A stretch of 64,000 bases of DNA, taken from NCBI GenBank assembly GCA_036339585.1, contig JAYZAS010000004.1:254773-318772 (forward strand). Reading direction: 5' to 3'. Every line of letters begins with the position of its first letter. Within the stretch, counting starts at the first letter, position 1. Both the position numbers and the translations under genes were made by a program. The notes below the pieces were generated by a model. The model was not told where the DNA came from. It made no database searches and saw only the letters and a list, made by a program, of their open reading frames with translations. Below are positions 19,462-29,334 of the stretch, piece after piece. The DNA is from Pseudomonadota bacterium (GTDB lineage: Bacteria; Pseudomonadota; Alphaproteobacteria; UBA8366).

Positions 19462-20435
19462 AACATGCCATGGTGTTAGCTGCTGCACTATTATTTTTAA
19501 GCTCATGTGGGCCCCGCTATATTGAACCTGGACCTGTATCTCAGGCGACGGCTTTAGACCAGAATAATTTTATTATGAATGACGGCATAAAGCTTCCTTT
19601 CAAAAAATGGGGGCCAGAAATCTCTCCACAATTCGTCGTTCTCGCAGTCCATGGCTTCAATGATTATTCAAAGGCCTTTGAAAAACCTGCAGCTTATTGG
19701 GCCAAGTTCGGTGTAACCACCTATGCCTACGATCAGCGTGGGTTTGGGGGAGCACCATTTGCCGGGCGCTGGCACGGAGCCCAGTCATTAACAGCTGACC
19801 TCATAGCGATTGCTCGCATGATTCGTTTGAAACATCTTGGCGTGCCGCTTTTTTTGTTAGGAGAAAGCATGGGGGGAACCGTTGCGATAGTGGCATCAGC
19901 ACAGCATAGTCTGCCTCCGCACGATGGAATAATTTTAATAGCACCAGCAACATGGGGACGTGCAGCTCTACCAGCTTGGCAAGAATCTGCATTATGGATG
20001 TTGACCAAGTTTGCACCTGGCCTCGGTGTAAGCGGAGGAGGCTTCGGACGCAAACCTTCTGATAACCTTAGTATGCTAAGGCAACTATCTACAGATAAGA
20101 AAATAATAAAACGCACACGCATTGATGCTGTAAACGGCTTAGTAGACCTTATGGATATGGCCCTCTCTAGTGCAAACCAACTAAAGGGACCAGCATTAAT
20201 ATTATACGGAAAACAGGATGATATTATTCCAAGCAAAGCGCGCCTCTTGCTAGAAACGCGCTTGTTGAACCGTTCTTCTAATATCGTCATCAAAGAATAT
20301 GAGAGCGGTTACCACATGCTTTTGCGAGATTTAAATGCGAAAGATGTTTGGAATGATATTTTGGACTGGATGAAAAAACCAATGCGCTCACCATCACATG
20401 GCATGCCTTACAGGGTTCCAAAATATTCAAACTAA
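19458..20435 (+). CDS. Alpha/beta hydrolase lipoprotein (lysophospholipase / monoacylglycerol lipase-like)
   Basis: 325-aa ORF. The lipobox is LFLSSCG. It has the HGFNDYS oxyanion region and the nucleophile elbow GESMGG. The ATGA overlaps the ABC ATPase stop. Confidence 0.8.
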   Translation: MKHAMVLAAALLFLSSCGPRYIEPGPVSQATALDQNNFIMNDGIKLPFKKWGPEISPQFVVLAVHGFNDYSKAFEKPAAYWAKFGVTTYAYDQRGFGGAPFAGRWHGAQSLTADLIAIARMIRLKHLGVPLFLLGESMGGTVAIVASAQHSLPPHDGIILIAPATWGRAALPAWQESALWMLTKFAPGLGVSGGGFGRKPSDNLSMLRQLSTDKKIIKRTRIDAVNGLVDLMDMALSSANQLKGPALILYGKQDDIIPSKARLLLETRLLNRSSNIVIKEYESGYHMLLRDLNAKDVWNDILDWMKKPMRSPSHGMPYRVPKYSN

Positions 20436-20491
20436 CTTTAGTAAAACTAGCTAGCATAGTATTGAAGATTGCCTTAGGTTCCTGCTCTTAG

Positions 20492-20568
20492 GCGCCCGTA
20501 GCTCAGCTGGATAGAGCGACGCCCTCCGGAGGCGTAGGTCAGGGGTTCGAATCCTCTCGGGCGCGCCA
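20492..20568 (+). tRNA. tRNA-Arg (anticodon CCG)
   Basis: Manual cloverleaf. The acceptor GCGCCCG pairs with CGGGCGC. The D-arm is GCTC/GAGC with loop AGCTGGATA. The anticodon stem ACGCC/GGCGT carries loop CTCCGGA (anticodon CCG). The T-arm is AGGGG-TTCGAAT-CCTCT. Discriminator G and an encoded CCA. 77 nt. Confidence 0.93.
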
Positions 20569-20765
20569 TTTAGAAAAACATTCGCACAGCCACTGTTTAA
20601 AAAGGCATTATTAACGGGCTAAAAATCGAGAGATTTACGCTTTGCTTTCGATTTATAAGAAGCCCGCACAATCTGATACATTGACGACACGTGGTGGAGG
20701 CCTGTACCTAGTAGGGTACTGAAAATTTTTATCTTATTGTCTAATAATCACCGGAAGTGCCTATC

Positions 20766-21284
20766 ATGAAATTAAATATTGGTGGATCGACTCCAACAGC
20801 TGATTGGAAAAATATGCACCCAAGCGAGAATGCTGATGCCGATTATAAGGGCGACTTTGGAGATTTGGGCCAGTTCTCAAATGATTCATTCGATATAATT
20901 TATAGCTGTCATCTGTTACAGCGTTGCGGTTACAAAGAGGAAATACCGCAGGCACTCAGGGAGTGTCTTCGCATTCTTAAACCAGGCGGTGAGCTTATGG
21001 TCAGCGTGCCCGATATGGCTGCACTCTGCATACTATTTGTTCATGAGAAGATAACGCCCGACCACCAATGGCATTTAATGCGGATACTATTTGGCGGCGA
21101 AATTGATGAAGATGACTTTAATGCTACCGGCTTCACTGCCGATTTTTTAGGTAGCTTCCTAACGGACGCTGGCTTTGAAAATATCAAATGCATCGACGAT
21201 TTTGGCCTTTTTGATGATGTAAGCACAGAAAAACTAAATGGAATTTCTGTTAGCCTTAATATGAAGGCTGTGAAACCGGCCTAA
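20766..21284 (+). CDS. Class I SAM-dependent methyltransferase (small, Methyltransf_11-like)
   Basis: The ATG at 20766 gives MKLNIGGSTP (degenerate motif I) and LRILKPGGELMVSVPD (post-motif II/III region). The track ORF starts 9 nt earlier at a GTG. Function unknown. Confidence 0.65.
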   Translation: MKLNIGGSTPTADWKNMHPSENADADYKGDFGDLGQFSNDSFDIIYSCHLLQRCGYKEEIPQALRECLRILKPGGELMVSVPDMAALCILFVHEKITPDHQWHLMRILFGGEIDEDDFNATGFTADFLGSFLTDAGFENIKCIDDFGLFDDVSTEKLNGISVSLNMKAVKPA

Positions 21285-21371
21285 TCACCCATAGAAATAC
21301 AACTATCACTCGATATGGAAATTTGACCACTGATGCGCACCATGATCGGGGGGGCTGGAACTTAAATGAGC

Positions 21372-22859
21372 TCAATTAGTCTGAACAAAATCTTTACCCT
21401 CAAGTTTTTCAATTGTATCCGTCGTGCTGTGACCAGGCAATATGTCCGCCAGCATCACTTCTCCTCCCCACTGCATTACTAAATCGCCCCCAACGACGTC
21501 TTTAAGCTCATAATCAGAACCTTTGATAAGAACGTCTGGCCGCAATGCTTCAATTACTGCAAGTGGTGTCGCATCATCAAATATTACCACCAGATCAACG
21601 TCAGCGAGCGAAGCCAATACTTGTGCTCTGCTCGATTCACTCTGTACCGGTCTTTTTTCACCTTTCAGTTGACGCACAGACCGATCACTATTAAGGCCAA
21701 CGATCAATCGGTCACAGTTTTCTTTAGCTTGGGAAAGAAGCGAGATGTGGCCCGGGTGAAGCAGGTCAAAACAGCCATTCGTGAAGCCGCACCGGAACCC
21801 CTTCCCCCTCCACAAGGCTATTTTATTTGAAGCCTCGCTCAGAGCTAAAACCTTAAGTTCAGATCCCATCAGGGCAGTCTCATGTAAGACTGAAAGGATT
21901 TCTGATGTATGGACAACTGCAGTGCCATTTTTACCAACAACAATTCCAGCTGCAATATTGGCAAGAGCAGCAGCCGTTTTGAGGTCTGCGCCTATATCAA
22001 GTGCAACTGCCACTAACGCCACCACCGTATCACCAGCGCCGGAGACATCAAATACCTCTCGCGCACGTGCCTTTAAGTGGGTGGCCTCTTCCATAGTTAC
22101 AAGACTCATGCCTTGCTCACTTCTTGTGGCGAGAACAGCTTTTACGCCTGCATTCTGTATTATTTTACGTGCGGCTGCGACAACTTCACTGTCACAGTTT
22201 ACGGTCATGCCACTTGCTCTGCGTAACTCTTGGAGGTTCGGAGTTATTAAGTCAGCGCCACGGTAAATATCAAAAAAATTACCTTTCGGATCAATTATTA
22301 CCTTTGTGCCATTTTGCATAGCCACGTCAATCAAGATGCGAATTAAGTCAGCCCCCAGGACACCCTTCCCGTAATCGGAAAGCACAAGAACACCGTTACT
22401 TTTTGAGAGCTCCTTCCGTACAGCTGATACAATGGCGTTTGAAGTGTTTTCGGTTACCGGCGATGTCACTTCTCGATCAGCTCGTAACAATTGCTGTCGC
22501 GCTGCAAGGTATCTGGACTTAACAGTCGTGGGGCGATCTTTCTCAAAAACTAATTTTGCCGAAAGATTATCCTGCACCCTTAATAAATTTTCAACACAGC
22601 GGCCTGGTTCATCATTACCAACAACAGAGATGAGGCGAACAGCTGAACCCAACGCCGCTATATTGCGAACGACGTTACCCGCCCCCCCCAGCATTGCTGT
22701 CTCTGTCTCAACCTCAAGCACAGGAATTGGCGCTTCTGGAGATAATCGATTTACCTGACCCTCAAAAAACCGATCCAACATTACGTCTCCAACGCATATA
22801 ATGTTCCCCGCATTAAGCTTTTCAAGAAGTCCATTTAAGGAAAACAAGTCAGACACCAT
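21372..22859 (-). CDS. hldE: Bifunctional D-beta-D-heptose 7-phosphate kinase / D-beta-D-heptose 1-phosphate adenylyltransferase
   Basis: 495-aa ORF. An N-terminal pfkB-type kinase domain (DVSGAGDTVVA) is fused to a C-terminal cytidylyltransferase domain (FTNGCFDLLHPGHISLL). Confidence 0.93.
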   Translation of the reverse strand: MVSDLFSLNGLLEKLNAGNIICVGDVMLDRFFEGQVNRLSPEAPIPVLEVETETAMLGGAGNVVRNIAALGSAVRLISVVGNDEPGRCVENLLRVQDNLSAKLVFEKDRPTTVKSRYLAARQQLLRADREVTSPVTENTSNAIVSAVRKELSKSNGVLVLSDYGKGVLGADLIRILIDVAMQNGTKVIIDPKGNFFDIYRGADLITPNLQELRRASGMTVNCDSEVVAAARKIIQNAGVKAVLATRSEQGMSLVTMEEATHLKARAREVFDVSGAGDTVVALVAVALDIGADLKTAAALANIAAGIVVGKNGTAVVHTSEILSVLHETALMGSELKVLALSEASNKIALWRGKGFRCGFTNGCFDLLHPGHISLLSQAKENCDRLIVGLNSDRSVRQLKGEKRPVQSESSRAQVLASLADVDLVVIFDDATPLAVIEALRPDVLIKGSDYELKDVVGGDLVMQWGGEVMLADILPGHSTTDTIEKLEGKDFVQTN

Positions 22860-22880
22860 TATGAATAATCCATTCGATTC

Positions 22881-23435
22881 CTAATTCCGCGGAGCATGCT
22901 TATTCAGAATGCGCTGGAGTGTGCGCCGATGCATTTTTAACCGTCGCGCTGTCTCAGACACATTGCGGTTACATTGCTCATAAACCCGCTGAATATGTTC
23001 CCACCTGACTCGATCAGCTGACATCGGATCTTCCGGCGGCAATGGCAGCGGCCGTTCAGTTTCCAAAAGGGCCGCAGCAATTGCATCGGCGTCTGCCGGC
23101 TTCGGAAGGTAGTCAACTGCTCCAGCCTTCACTGCCTCAACGGCGGTGGCTATGTTTCCATAGCCCGTTAGAATAACAATTCTTGTCTCAGGGCGGCCCT
23201 CGCGCAGCGCCTTTACTATTTCTAAACCATTTCCATCCTCTAATCTCAGATCGACGATCGCGTAGGCAGGTGGGCGCTGAGCGGCTAGTTCAATACCCTC
23301 AGCAACACTAGCAGCCACTTCGGGGAAAAAATTACGCTTCTCCAGTGCTCGAGCTAATCGGTTTCGCAGTGGAGCATCATCGTCCACGATAAGAAGTGTC
23401 CTATCCGCAGGTAATCCAGCTGTGAATTCCTTCAC
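22881..23435 (-). CDS. regA: Redox response regulator RegA/PrrA/ActR
   Basis: 184-aa ORF. The receiver domain is followed by the nearly invariant RegA helix-turn-helix NVSETARRLKMHRRTLQRIL. Confidence 0.9.
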   Translation of the reverse strand: MKEFTAGLPADRTLLIVDDDAPLRNRLARALEKRNFFPEVAASVAEGIELAAQRPPAYAIVDLRLEDGNGLEIVKALREGRPETRIVILTGYGNIATAVEAVKAGAVDYLPKPADADAIAAALLETERPLPLPPEDPMSADRVRWEHIQRVYEQCNRNVSETARRLKMHRRTLQRILNKHAPRN

Positions 23436-24754
23436 TTTCTTTCTCCATCCAAAGACTCTTTAATCAGAATAGCGCGTGTCCAGCTAATCTCAACCTTTCC
23501 GCCATTCTGGTTGCTGAAACTTAAATGTGCACCAGTGCGTTTTAACAACGTTTGCGCGATAAAGATGCCCAGACCCAGATTCTCCCCTGTTGCACTGCGT
23601 GTCGATATGTAGGGCTCACCAATCATTGCAAGAACCGATGCTCTAAACCCTGGCCCATCATCGCGCACTACTAACCAAACAGTTTCTTTATCCCAGTTTA
23701 AATCAAGCCATACCTGACTGTGAGCAAATTGAATAGCATTTTGAATTAGGTTTCCTAGACCATGCATCATTTCTGGACCATACGGTAGATATGGTTCATC
23801 TCCAACAGCATCCGCTTGAATATTGACAGAAATATCAATAGTGCCTGATTCATGAGAAGCACGAGCAGTTTCAACTAGCGCTGAGAAAGGTAATCGCTCG
23901 AAAGGGCCCGATGCAGAGGCCTCCGGCGCTTGCGCGAGACCAGTGATTATATGGCGACACCGTTCGGACTGGCTCAATAGTAGTTGGACGTCCTCAGCGA
24001 TGGGACTGTTAGCCGGGATCTCTTTCGAGAGTTCATTGGCAACCACAGTTATTGTAGCCAAAGGAGAGCCTAGTTCATGAGCTGCCGCTGCCGCCAAACC
24101 GCCCAAAGCCGAGACCCTCTGCTCACGCGCCAAAGAAGTTTGTGTTGCAGCCAATGCCTCCCACATGCGCCTAGCTTCCTCTGAGACCGACCAAACATAA
24201 GTCGCAATAAAAACTACCGCTACGGCCAGGGCCGTCCAAATTGCTAATCGATAGGTTGGTTGGAGTTCTATCGGTGAACCACTCCAAGGTAGGGGCAAGT
24301 GATATTGCCCCAGGAGCGAGATACAGATCATAGCCAATACAATCAAACCAATGGTAGCACCCCGGGATAAAATCGTCGCAGATACCATTGCTGGAGCAAT
24401 TATAAGAATAACAAATGGATTAGCGAGCCCTCCGGTCAAGAAAAGCAAAACGCTGAGTTGTAAAACGTCGAACCCAAGCAATAAAAATACTTCTCGTTCT
24501 GTAAGCCGACGCCGCTCACGGCCTCGGCTTGCCAACACTACGTTGGAGGAAACAAGGCCGAATATTGCTCCAAAACATGCAATCAAAGGTAACTCGAAAC
24601 CTAGCCCAAAAAAAACTAATAAAACTGTCACAGTTTGGCCTGCTACCGCCACCCAACGTAACAATATAAGCGTGCGCAAATGAACTTGCCCGCCTTGTAT
24701 CACACTCAAACCAGTGTGCGTATTGTCATCACTCTCTTTTGCGCGCCTAAACAT
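23432..24754 (-). CDS. regB: Redox sensor histidine kinase RegB/PrrB/ActS
   Basis: 440-aa ORF with about six N-terminal TM helices, the H-box AAAAHELGSPLATI and the ATPase region DDGPGF...GLGLGIFIAQTLL. It overlaps regA by 4 nt. Confidence 0.85.
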   Translation of the reverse strand: MFRRAKESDDNTHTGLSVIQGGQVHLRTLILLRWVAVAGQTVTVLLVFFGLGFELPLIACFGAIFGLVSSNVVLASRGRERRRLTEREVFLLLGFDVLQLSVLLFLTGGLANPFVILIIAPAMVSATILSRGATIGLIVLAMICISLLGQYHLPLPWSGSPIELQPTYRLAIWTALAVAVVFIATYVWSVSEEARRMWEALAATQTSLAREQRVSALGGLAAAAAHELGSPLATITVVANELSKEIPANSPIAEDVQLLLSQSERCRHIITGLAQAPEASASGPFERLPFSALVETARASHESGTIDISVNIQADAVGDEPYLPYGPEMMHGLGNLIQNAIQFAHSQVWLDLNWDKETVWLVVRDDGPGFRASVLAMIGEPYISTRSATGENLGLGIFIAQTLLKRTGAHLSFSNQNGGKVEISWTRAILIKESLDGERK

Positions 24755-24831
24755 CTTCTAACCCCTGCAGCGAATAAAAAAAGTTTGAGCTCTTGCTTTT
24801 AACAATGTAGGCCGACCATATTAGGCAAATT

Positions 24832-25581
24832 ATGACAGAAAAAATCATCATATCAGTCTTGAAGCTTTCGAAAAAGTTTGGTGACGTTCGTGCTGTCGAT
24901 AACATCTCTTTTGATGTAAAGAAAAATTCGATAATCGCGCTACTGGGAGCCAATGGCGCTGGAAAAACAACCACTATAGCAATGCTGTTGGGCTTGTTGG
25001 TGCCCTCGTCAGGTGAAATATCAATATTTGGCATTGATATACTCAAAAGCCGCTATTCTGCACTTTCACGTATGAACTTTTCTTCACCCTACGTCGACCT
25101 CCCCCAACGGTTAAGTGTTTATCAAAACCTAAAAGTTTATGCCCAGCTTTACGGTATCGCAAACGAAAAAGAACGCTTAAGCGTTTTGGCAGACGACTTG
25201 CAGCTTAATGATTTACTCCACAGAAAGTATAGAACTTTGTCAGCTGGTCAGCGAACGCGTGTGATGCTAGCGAAATCATTATTAAACAATCCCGAACTGC
25301 TTTTGCTGGATGAGCCCACCGCTAGCTTGGACCCCGATAGTGCAGACTGGATACGACACTATCTTTGCGATTACCGTGAGCGGACCGGTGCGTCCATAAT
25401 GCTCGCAACTCACAACATGCAAGAAGTTGAGAGATTATGTGACCAAGTTCTCATGATGCAGGGAGGCCGTATAACTGACGCTGGTACACCCTCTGAACTT
25501 ATTGAGGCATATGGTCGCGATAGTTTGGAGGAGGTTTTTCTAGCCGTTGCTCGCAAAGCTCCCCCAAAGGGAATGAAATAA
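24832..25581 (+). CDS. ABC transporter ATP-binding protein
   Basis: 249-aa ORF with Walker A GANGAGKTT, signature LSAGQRTRV and Walker B LLLLDEPTASLD. Confidence 0.85.
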   Translation: MTEKIIISVLKLSKKFGDVRAVDNISFDVKKNSIIALLGANGAGKTTTIAMLLGLLVPSSGEISIFGIDILKSRYSALSRMNFSSPYVDLPQRLSVYQNLKVYAQLYGIANEKERLSVLADDLQLNDLLHRKYRTLSAGQRTRVMLAKSLLNNPELLLLDEPTASLDPDSADWIRHYLCDYRERTGASIMLATHNMQEVERLCDQVLMMQGGRITDAGTPSELIEAYGRDSLEEVFLAVARKAPPKGMK

Positions 25582-26399
25582 TGCAAGAAATATCTAAAAA
25601 TATAAAACACTCGTTTAAACGCATTCGCGGGTTAGTGTTGAGGTACGTTTATCTGATAAAGGGCTCGTTGCCGCGTCTTTTAGAACTAGCATACTGGCCA
25701 AGCATACAGCTTGTACTCTGGGGTTTTATCTCGCAATTCTTTCTCACCCAGTCATCTGTACTAGCAGAAGCAGCAGGTATTCTAATAGGAGCCGTTTTGT
25801 TATGGGATGTTCTATTTCGTGGCCAGTTAGGCTTCTCAATTTCGTTTTTGGAAGAACTATGGTCTCGTAATTTAGGCCATATTTTCGTTACACCACTTCG
25901 ACCGTATGAGTTTATTCTGGCATTGATGGGAATCAGCTTGATCAGGGTTTTAATAGGGGTAGGCCCGGCGATAATGCTAGCGATCCCGCTCTATCATTTT
26001 TCAATCTTTAGCCTAGGTTTTCCACTTATTGCATTTTTTACGAACCTGCTCATTTTTGGCTGGGTGATCGGTTTGTTAGTAACCTCTTTACTTCTGCGCT
26101 TTGGGGTTGGAGCCGAGAGCCTGGCATGGGCACTAATATTTTTGATAGCGCCTGTCAGTGCGATTTACTATCCCGTTTCAATACTACCAAATTGGCTTCA
26201 GTGGATTGCATGGATACTTCCTCCTGCACACGTTTTTGAGGGGATGCGCGCAGTATTAGCTCAGGATTACTTCGACAACACGCTTCTTTTTAATGCTTGT
26301 GCCCTAAATCTAGTCTACCTCCTCATATCAAGCATAGTTTTTCTCTACAACTTTAACGCAGCGAGACGAGAGGGGCGTTTGTTACAGATTGGAGAATGA
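25581..26399 (+). CDS. ABC-2 type transporter permease
   Basis: 272-aa polytopic membrane ORF. Its start overlaps the stop of the preceding ATPase by 1 nt. About six hydrophobic segments, typical of ABC-2 permeases. Confidence 0.8.
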   Translation: MQEISKNIKHSFKRIRGLVLRYVYLIKGSLPRLLELAYWPSIQLVLWGFISQFFLTQSSVLAEAAGILIGAVLLWDVLFRGQLGFSISFLEELWSRNLGHIFVTPLRPYEFILALMGISLIRVLIGVGPAIMLAIPLYHFSIFSLGFPLIAFFTNLLIFGWVIGLLVTSLLLRFGVGAESLAWALIFLIAPVSAIYYPVSILPNWLQWIAWILPPAHVFEGMRAVLAQDYFDNTLLFNACALNLVYLLISSIVFLYNFNAARREGRLLQIGE

Positions 26400-26405
26400 A
26401 AAAAA

Positions 26406-27473
26406 CTAAAGTTTTTCATGTATGTTTGCCTCCTTAAAACTTGCCATGCCAATGTGGCAAGCTACCGCGCCCTTCAGAATTGCAAGAGCCATAACCGCAC
26501 CCGAAGCTTCGCCAAGACGCATATTTAGGTCTAATAGGGGTGCTTTGCCAAGCACATCAAGGAGCATGGAATGGGCCGGCTCAGCCGATAGGTGCCCTAT
26601 AATACAATGATCCAATGCAGTGCTGTCGATCTTGTGCAATACGGCTGCCGCCGCCGTCGCAACATAACCATCTAATATTACTGGGACCCTTGCAATGCGA
26701 GCTGCGATGACTGCACCTGCGATTGCCGCTAATTCGTGCCCCCCTAGCCGACGCAAGCACTCCAAAGGGTCGTCGAGATGTGAACGATGAAGAGCCAGTC
26801 CCTTCCTGATCACCGCAACCTTGCGCTCAAGAGCCCTTTTATCGATCCCTGTACCAGTCCCGGTCCAATCTTGAGGGGCTCCCCCAAACAAGGCACACGA
26901 TAGCGCGGCTGCACTCGTCGTATTACCGATTCCCATCTCACCAACACATATAACATCAACTCCATCCTCGACCGCCATCATACCGTAAGCCATCGCACCC
27001 GCACATGCAGATTCAGAAAGGGCTGGCGACTCAGTAAAATCATTTGTGAAATGATCTAACGCCATCTCATAAACACGAAGCTCGGCATCATAACACTTAC
27101 AAAGCTGGTTAACCGCTGCACCACCAGATCGAAAATTTGCCACCATTTGTTGGGTTACATCAGCAGGGAAAGCTGAAATGTGGTGCTGTGTTACACCATG
27201 GTTCCCGGCAAAAACAGCGACTCGTGGTCTTTCAAGACAGGGGGGGTGGCGGCCCTGCCACGCACAGAACCATTGGTTTAGGGTTTCCAAGTGCCCCAAA
27301 GCCCCAAACGGTTTGGTCAAAATTGCCTCGTGATCCTTTCCACGTTCCATGGCTTCATCATCCGGGCCGGGAAACCGCTTCATAATATCACGCATTTCTT
27401 GAAAACTGTTGGCGGAGGCTTCACTCATTGTAAAATCTAACAAAATCTGTGCATTTGGGGTAAAGGCTGACAT
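26406..27473 (-). CDS. cobT: Nicotinate-nucleotide--dimethylbenzimidazole phosphoribosyltransferase
   Basis: 355-aa ORF with ILTKPFGALGHLE, AVFAGNHGV, GEMGIGNTTSAAAL and the C-terminal MRLGEASGA, all CobT signatures. Confidence 0.92.
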   Translation of the reverse strand: MSAFTPNAQILLDFTMSEASANSFQEMRDIMKRFPGPDDEAMERGKDHEAILTKPFGALGHLETLNQWFCAWQGRHPPCLERPRVAVFAGNHGVTQHHISAFPADVTQQMVANFRSGGAAVNQLCKCYDAELRVYEMALDHFTNDFTESPALSESACAGAMAYGMMAVEDGVDVICVGEMGIGNTTSAAALSCALFGGAPQDWTGTGTGIDKRALERKVAVIRKGLALHRSHLDDPLECLRRLGGHELAAIAGAVIAARIARVPVILDGYVATAAAAVLHKIDSTALDHCIIGHLSAEPAHSMLLDVLGKAPLLDLNMRLGEASGAVMALAILKGAVACHIGMASFKEANIHEKL

Positions 27474-27499
27474 ACTTAATTAACTTTGATCTTACATAT

Positions 27500-28384
27500 G
27501 TGTTTATCATGACCAAACAACAAGACTCACAAGAAAATGATGCCAAAACAAATGTTCCCCTTGATCTTAAAGAAAACGACACATCCTCGAAGAGTAGAGA
27601 CAAAACGCGCCAAAACTTCAGAAAGGCAATTCAACTCGACCGACGTATTGGCGATCTACTACTAGCTACACAGTTTTTCACTCGCCTGCCCATACCGATT
27701 GATAGCGATACGGGGCAAAGACCGTTGGCCGAGTCAGCGTGGGCGTTTTCACTTGTAGGTTGTATTATAGGTGCAGCAGGGGGCGTAACTGCCTCTCTAG
27801 CTTCCAACCTTCCATCATATGCGGCAGCACTTCTCGCCGTTGCAGTAATGTGTGCCGTTAGTGGCGGTTTACATGAAGATGGGCTTGCCGACTGTGCTGA
27901 TGGAATGTGGGGCGGTGTGAGTCCGCAAAAGAGAATCGCAATAATGCGTGACAGTAAAACTGGTGCTTTTGGCGTAATTGCAATTGTTACAGTGATAAGT
28001 CTTAAGGCAGCTGCGATTTCTAATCTATTGAGTGTCGGGGGTGAGCTGGCGGCGGCACTAGCAATCGTTGCGGCTGCAAGTGCCTCGCGAGGGTTTTTAC
28101 CAATAGCAATGAGAGCCTTTCCTGTTGCCTCAGAAACGGGTCGAGCTGTTGAAGCGGGAAGCCCAAGTACTCAAGATGTTATCGTTGGAGGCATAATTAG
28201 TATATGCATAGCATTCACAATGATTGGCTTTAATACAAGCATTAATGGACTCATTGTAGGCAGTTTGTTAGCGGGTGGGTTAGGATATCTCGCAGTAAAA
28301 CGTTTAGGCGGACATACCGGCGACGTATTGGGTGCACAACAGCAAATCCTAGAGACTGCTATTTTATTAGCAGCCACCCTTTAA
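27500..28384 (+). CDS. cobS: Adenosylcobinamide-GDP ribazoletransferase (cobalamin synthase)
   Basis: 294-aa ORF. The membrane protein carries LLLATQFFTRLPIP and GGLHEDGLADCADG, plus the C-terminal GGHTGDVLGA. About 45 hydrophilic N-terminal residues may not be translated, so the start is uncertain. Confidence 0.85.
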   Translation: MFIMTKQQDSQENDAKTNVPLDLKENDTSSKSRDKTRQNFRKAIQLDRRIGDLLLATQFFTRLPIPIDSDTGQRPLAESAWAFSLVGCIIGAAGGVTASLASNLPSYAAALLAVAVMCAVSGGLHEDGLADCADGMWGGVSPQKRIAIMRDSKTGAFGVIAIVTVISLKAAAISNLLSVGGELAAALAIVAAASASRGFLPIAMRAFPVASETGRAVEAGSPSTQDVIVGGIISICIAFTMIGFNTSINGLIVGSLLAGGLGYLAVKRLGGHTGDVLGAQQQILETAILLAATL

Positions 28385-28400
28385 ATTTTTTGGGGGTTAT

Positions 28401-29030
28401 ATGGAGACAATTGTTACACGGTGGTGGTGGATTAGACATGCGCCAGTCTTTAATCCAAGCAACATAGTGTATGGCCAAATGGACCTAGATGCCGATGTGT
28501 CAGATACAAAATCCTTTAAGCGTTTAGCAGAAATATTACCATCTGAAGCCGTTCTTGTGACATCAGACCTTAAACGCACGGTTTTAACTGCTGAGGCGAT
28601 AGTGCGGGAGGGAGCCAATCTGTCAAAGGCTATTGAAGAACCGGCTCTTCGTGAGCAACATTTCGGCCTTTGGCAAGGAAAACAACGAGACCAACTTGGC
28701 GATACTTTCAATAATAAGATGCATAACTTTTGGATAGCGCCTGCCTTCGAAAGGGCGCCAAAGGGCGAGAGCTTTGCAGATGTAGTGGCCAGGGTTGCGC
28801 CCGCGATTACAAACATAACAACTAATTATGCGGGAAGTGATATTATCTGTGTGTCACATGGCGGGACAATACGAGCGGCCATAGCCATTGCCCTAGGGCT
28901 TGGTCCAGAAAGAGCTTTATCAATAACGGCCGCAAACTGCAGTCTTACTCGGCTTGCCCATATTGCTGATAGAAAGTCAAATACAGGAGTTTGGAGCATT
29001 GAAATGATAAACTTCGATCCGTCTATTTAA
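28401..29030 (+). CDS. cobC: Histidine phosphatase family protein, probable alpha-ribazole phosphatase
   Basis: 209-aa ORF with the RHAP motif (WWIRHAPV) and a later VSHGGTIRA histidine motif. It sits directly after cobS. The function is inferred from context. Confidence 0.7.
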   Translation: METIVTRWWWIRHAPVFNPSNIVYGQMDLDADVSDTKSFKRLAEILPSEAVLVTSDLKRTVLTAEAIVREGANLSKAIEEPALREQHFGLWQGKQRDQLGDTFNNKMHNFWIAPAFERAPKGESFADVVARVAPAITNITTNYAGSDIICVSHGGTIRAAIAIALGLGPERALSITAANCSLTRLAHIADRKSNTGVWSIEMINFDPSI

Positions 29031-29334
29031 TATACGTGTAAAAATAAAGTCTTTGATCCCCATGTGATATAAAAGCAGCGATCATGAATGTGGTACACGC
29101 TAGCTTAAGGCCTACTGAAAAAACAAAAACATCCATCTAAATTTTGAATGATTTCTTTAGACTTAAAGATAACACCTACAAGATGTGGCAGTTTAAACAG
29201 AAAAATTGCAACCAGCAGTATTGCACGTTTCTTCGCAAAATCTTCCCGTTTTATTTCATTGAGGTGCTAGAAACGATTTAAAAATCTGGCTCTAATCAAA
29301 TAGTCAGGTAATCTTACCGAAGGAGTTTATTCAC

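Noticed and set aside
19733-20293. Long antisense ORFs in the track, for example 19733..20293 (186 aa), 1345..1878 (177 aa), 21781..22266 (161 aa), 33289..33696 (135 aa) and 59459..59869 (136 aa).
   Set aside because: Each lies entirely opposite a gene with strong family motifs (hydrolase, addB, hldE, cobB, pnp). Each translates to low-complexity Arg/Ser/Pro-rich sequence typical of shadow ORFs.
20436-21371. A genomic island integrated at tRNA-Arg, given a methyltransferase of unknown function directly downstream.
   Set aside because: There is no integrase, no direct repeat of the tRNA 3-prime end in the following ~900 nt, and only one small gene before the core gene hldE.
27500-27640. An about 45-residue hydrophilic N-terminal extension on CobS (MFIMTKQQDSQENDAKTNVPLDLKENDTSSKSRDKTRQNF...).
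   Set aside because: It is most likely start-codon over-extension by the ORF caller. The conserved CobS core begins near LLLATQFFTRLP, and a non-ATG internal start cannot be excluded from the sequence alone.
29031-29334. A cobalamin riboswitch in the 304-nt gap after the cobC-like gene. AGTCAGG at 29302-29308 resembles the start of a B12 box.
   Set aside because: The remainder of the B12-box consensus (..AgaCCkGCc) is absent. The downstream gene is a SYLF protein rather than a B12-related transporter or enzyme, and no conserved flanking helices are evident.
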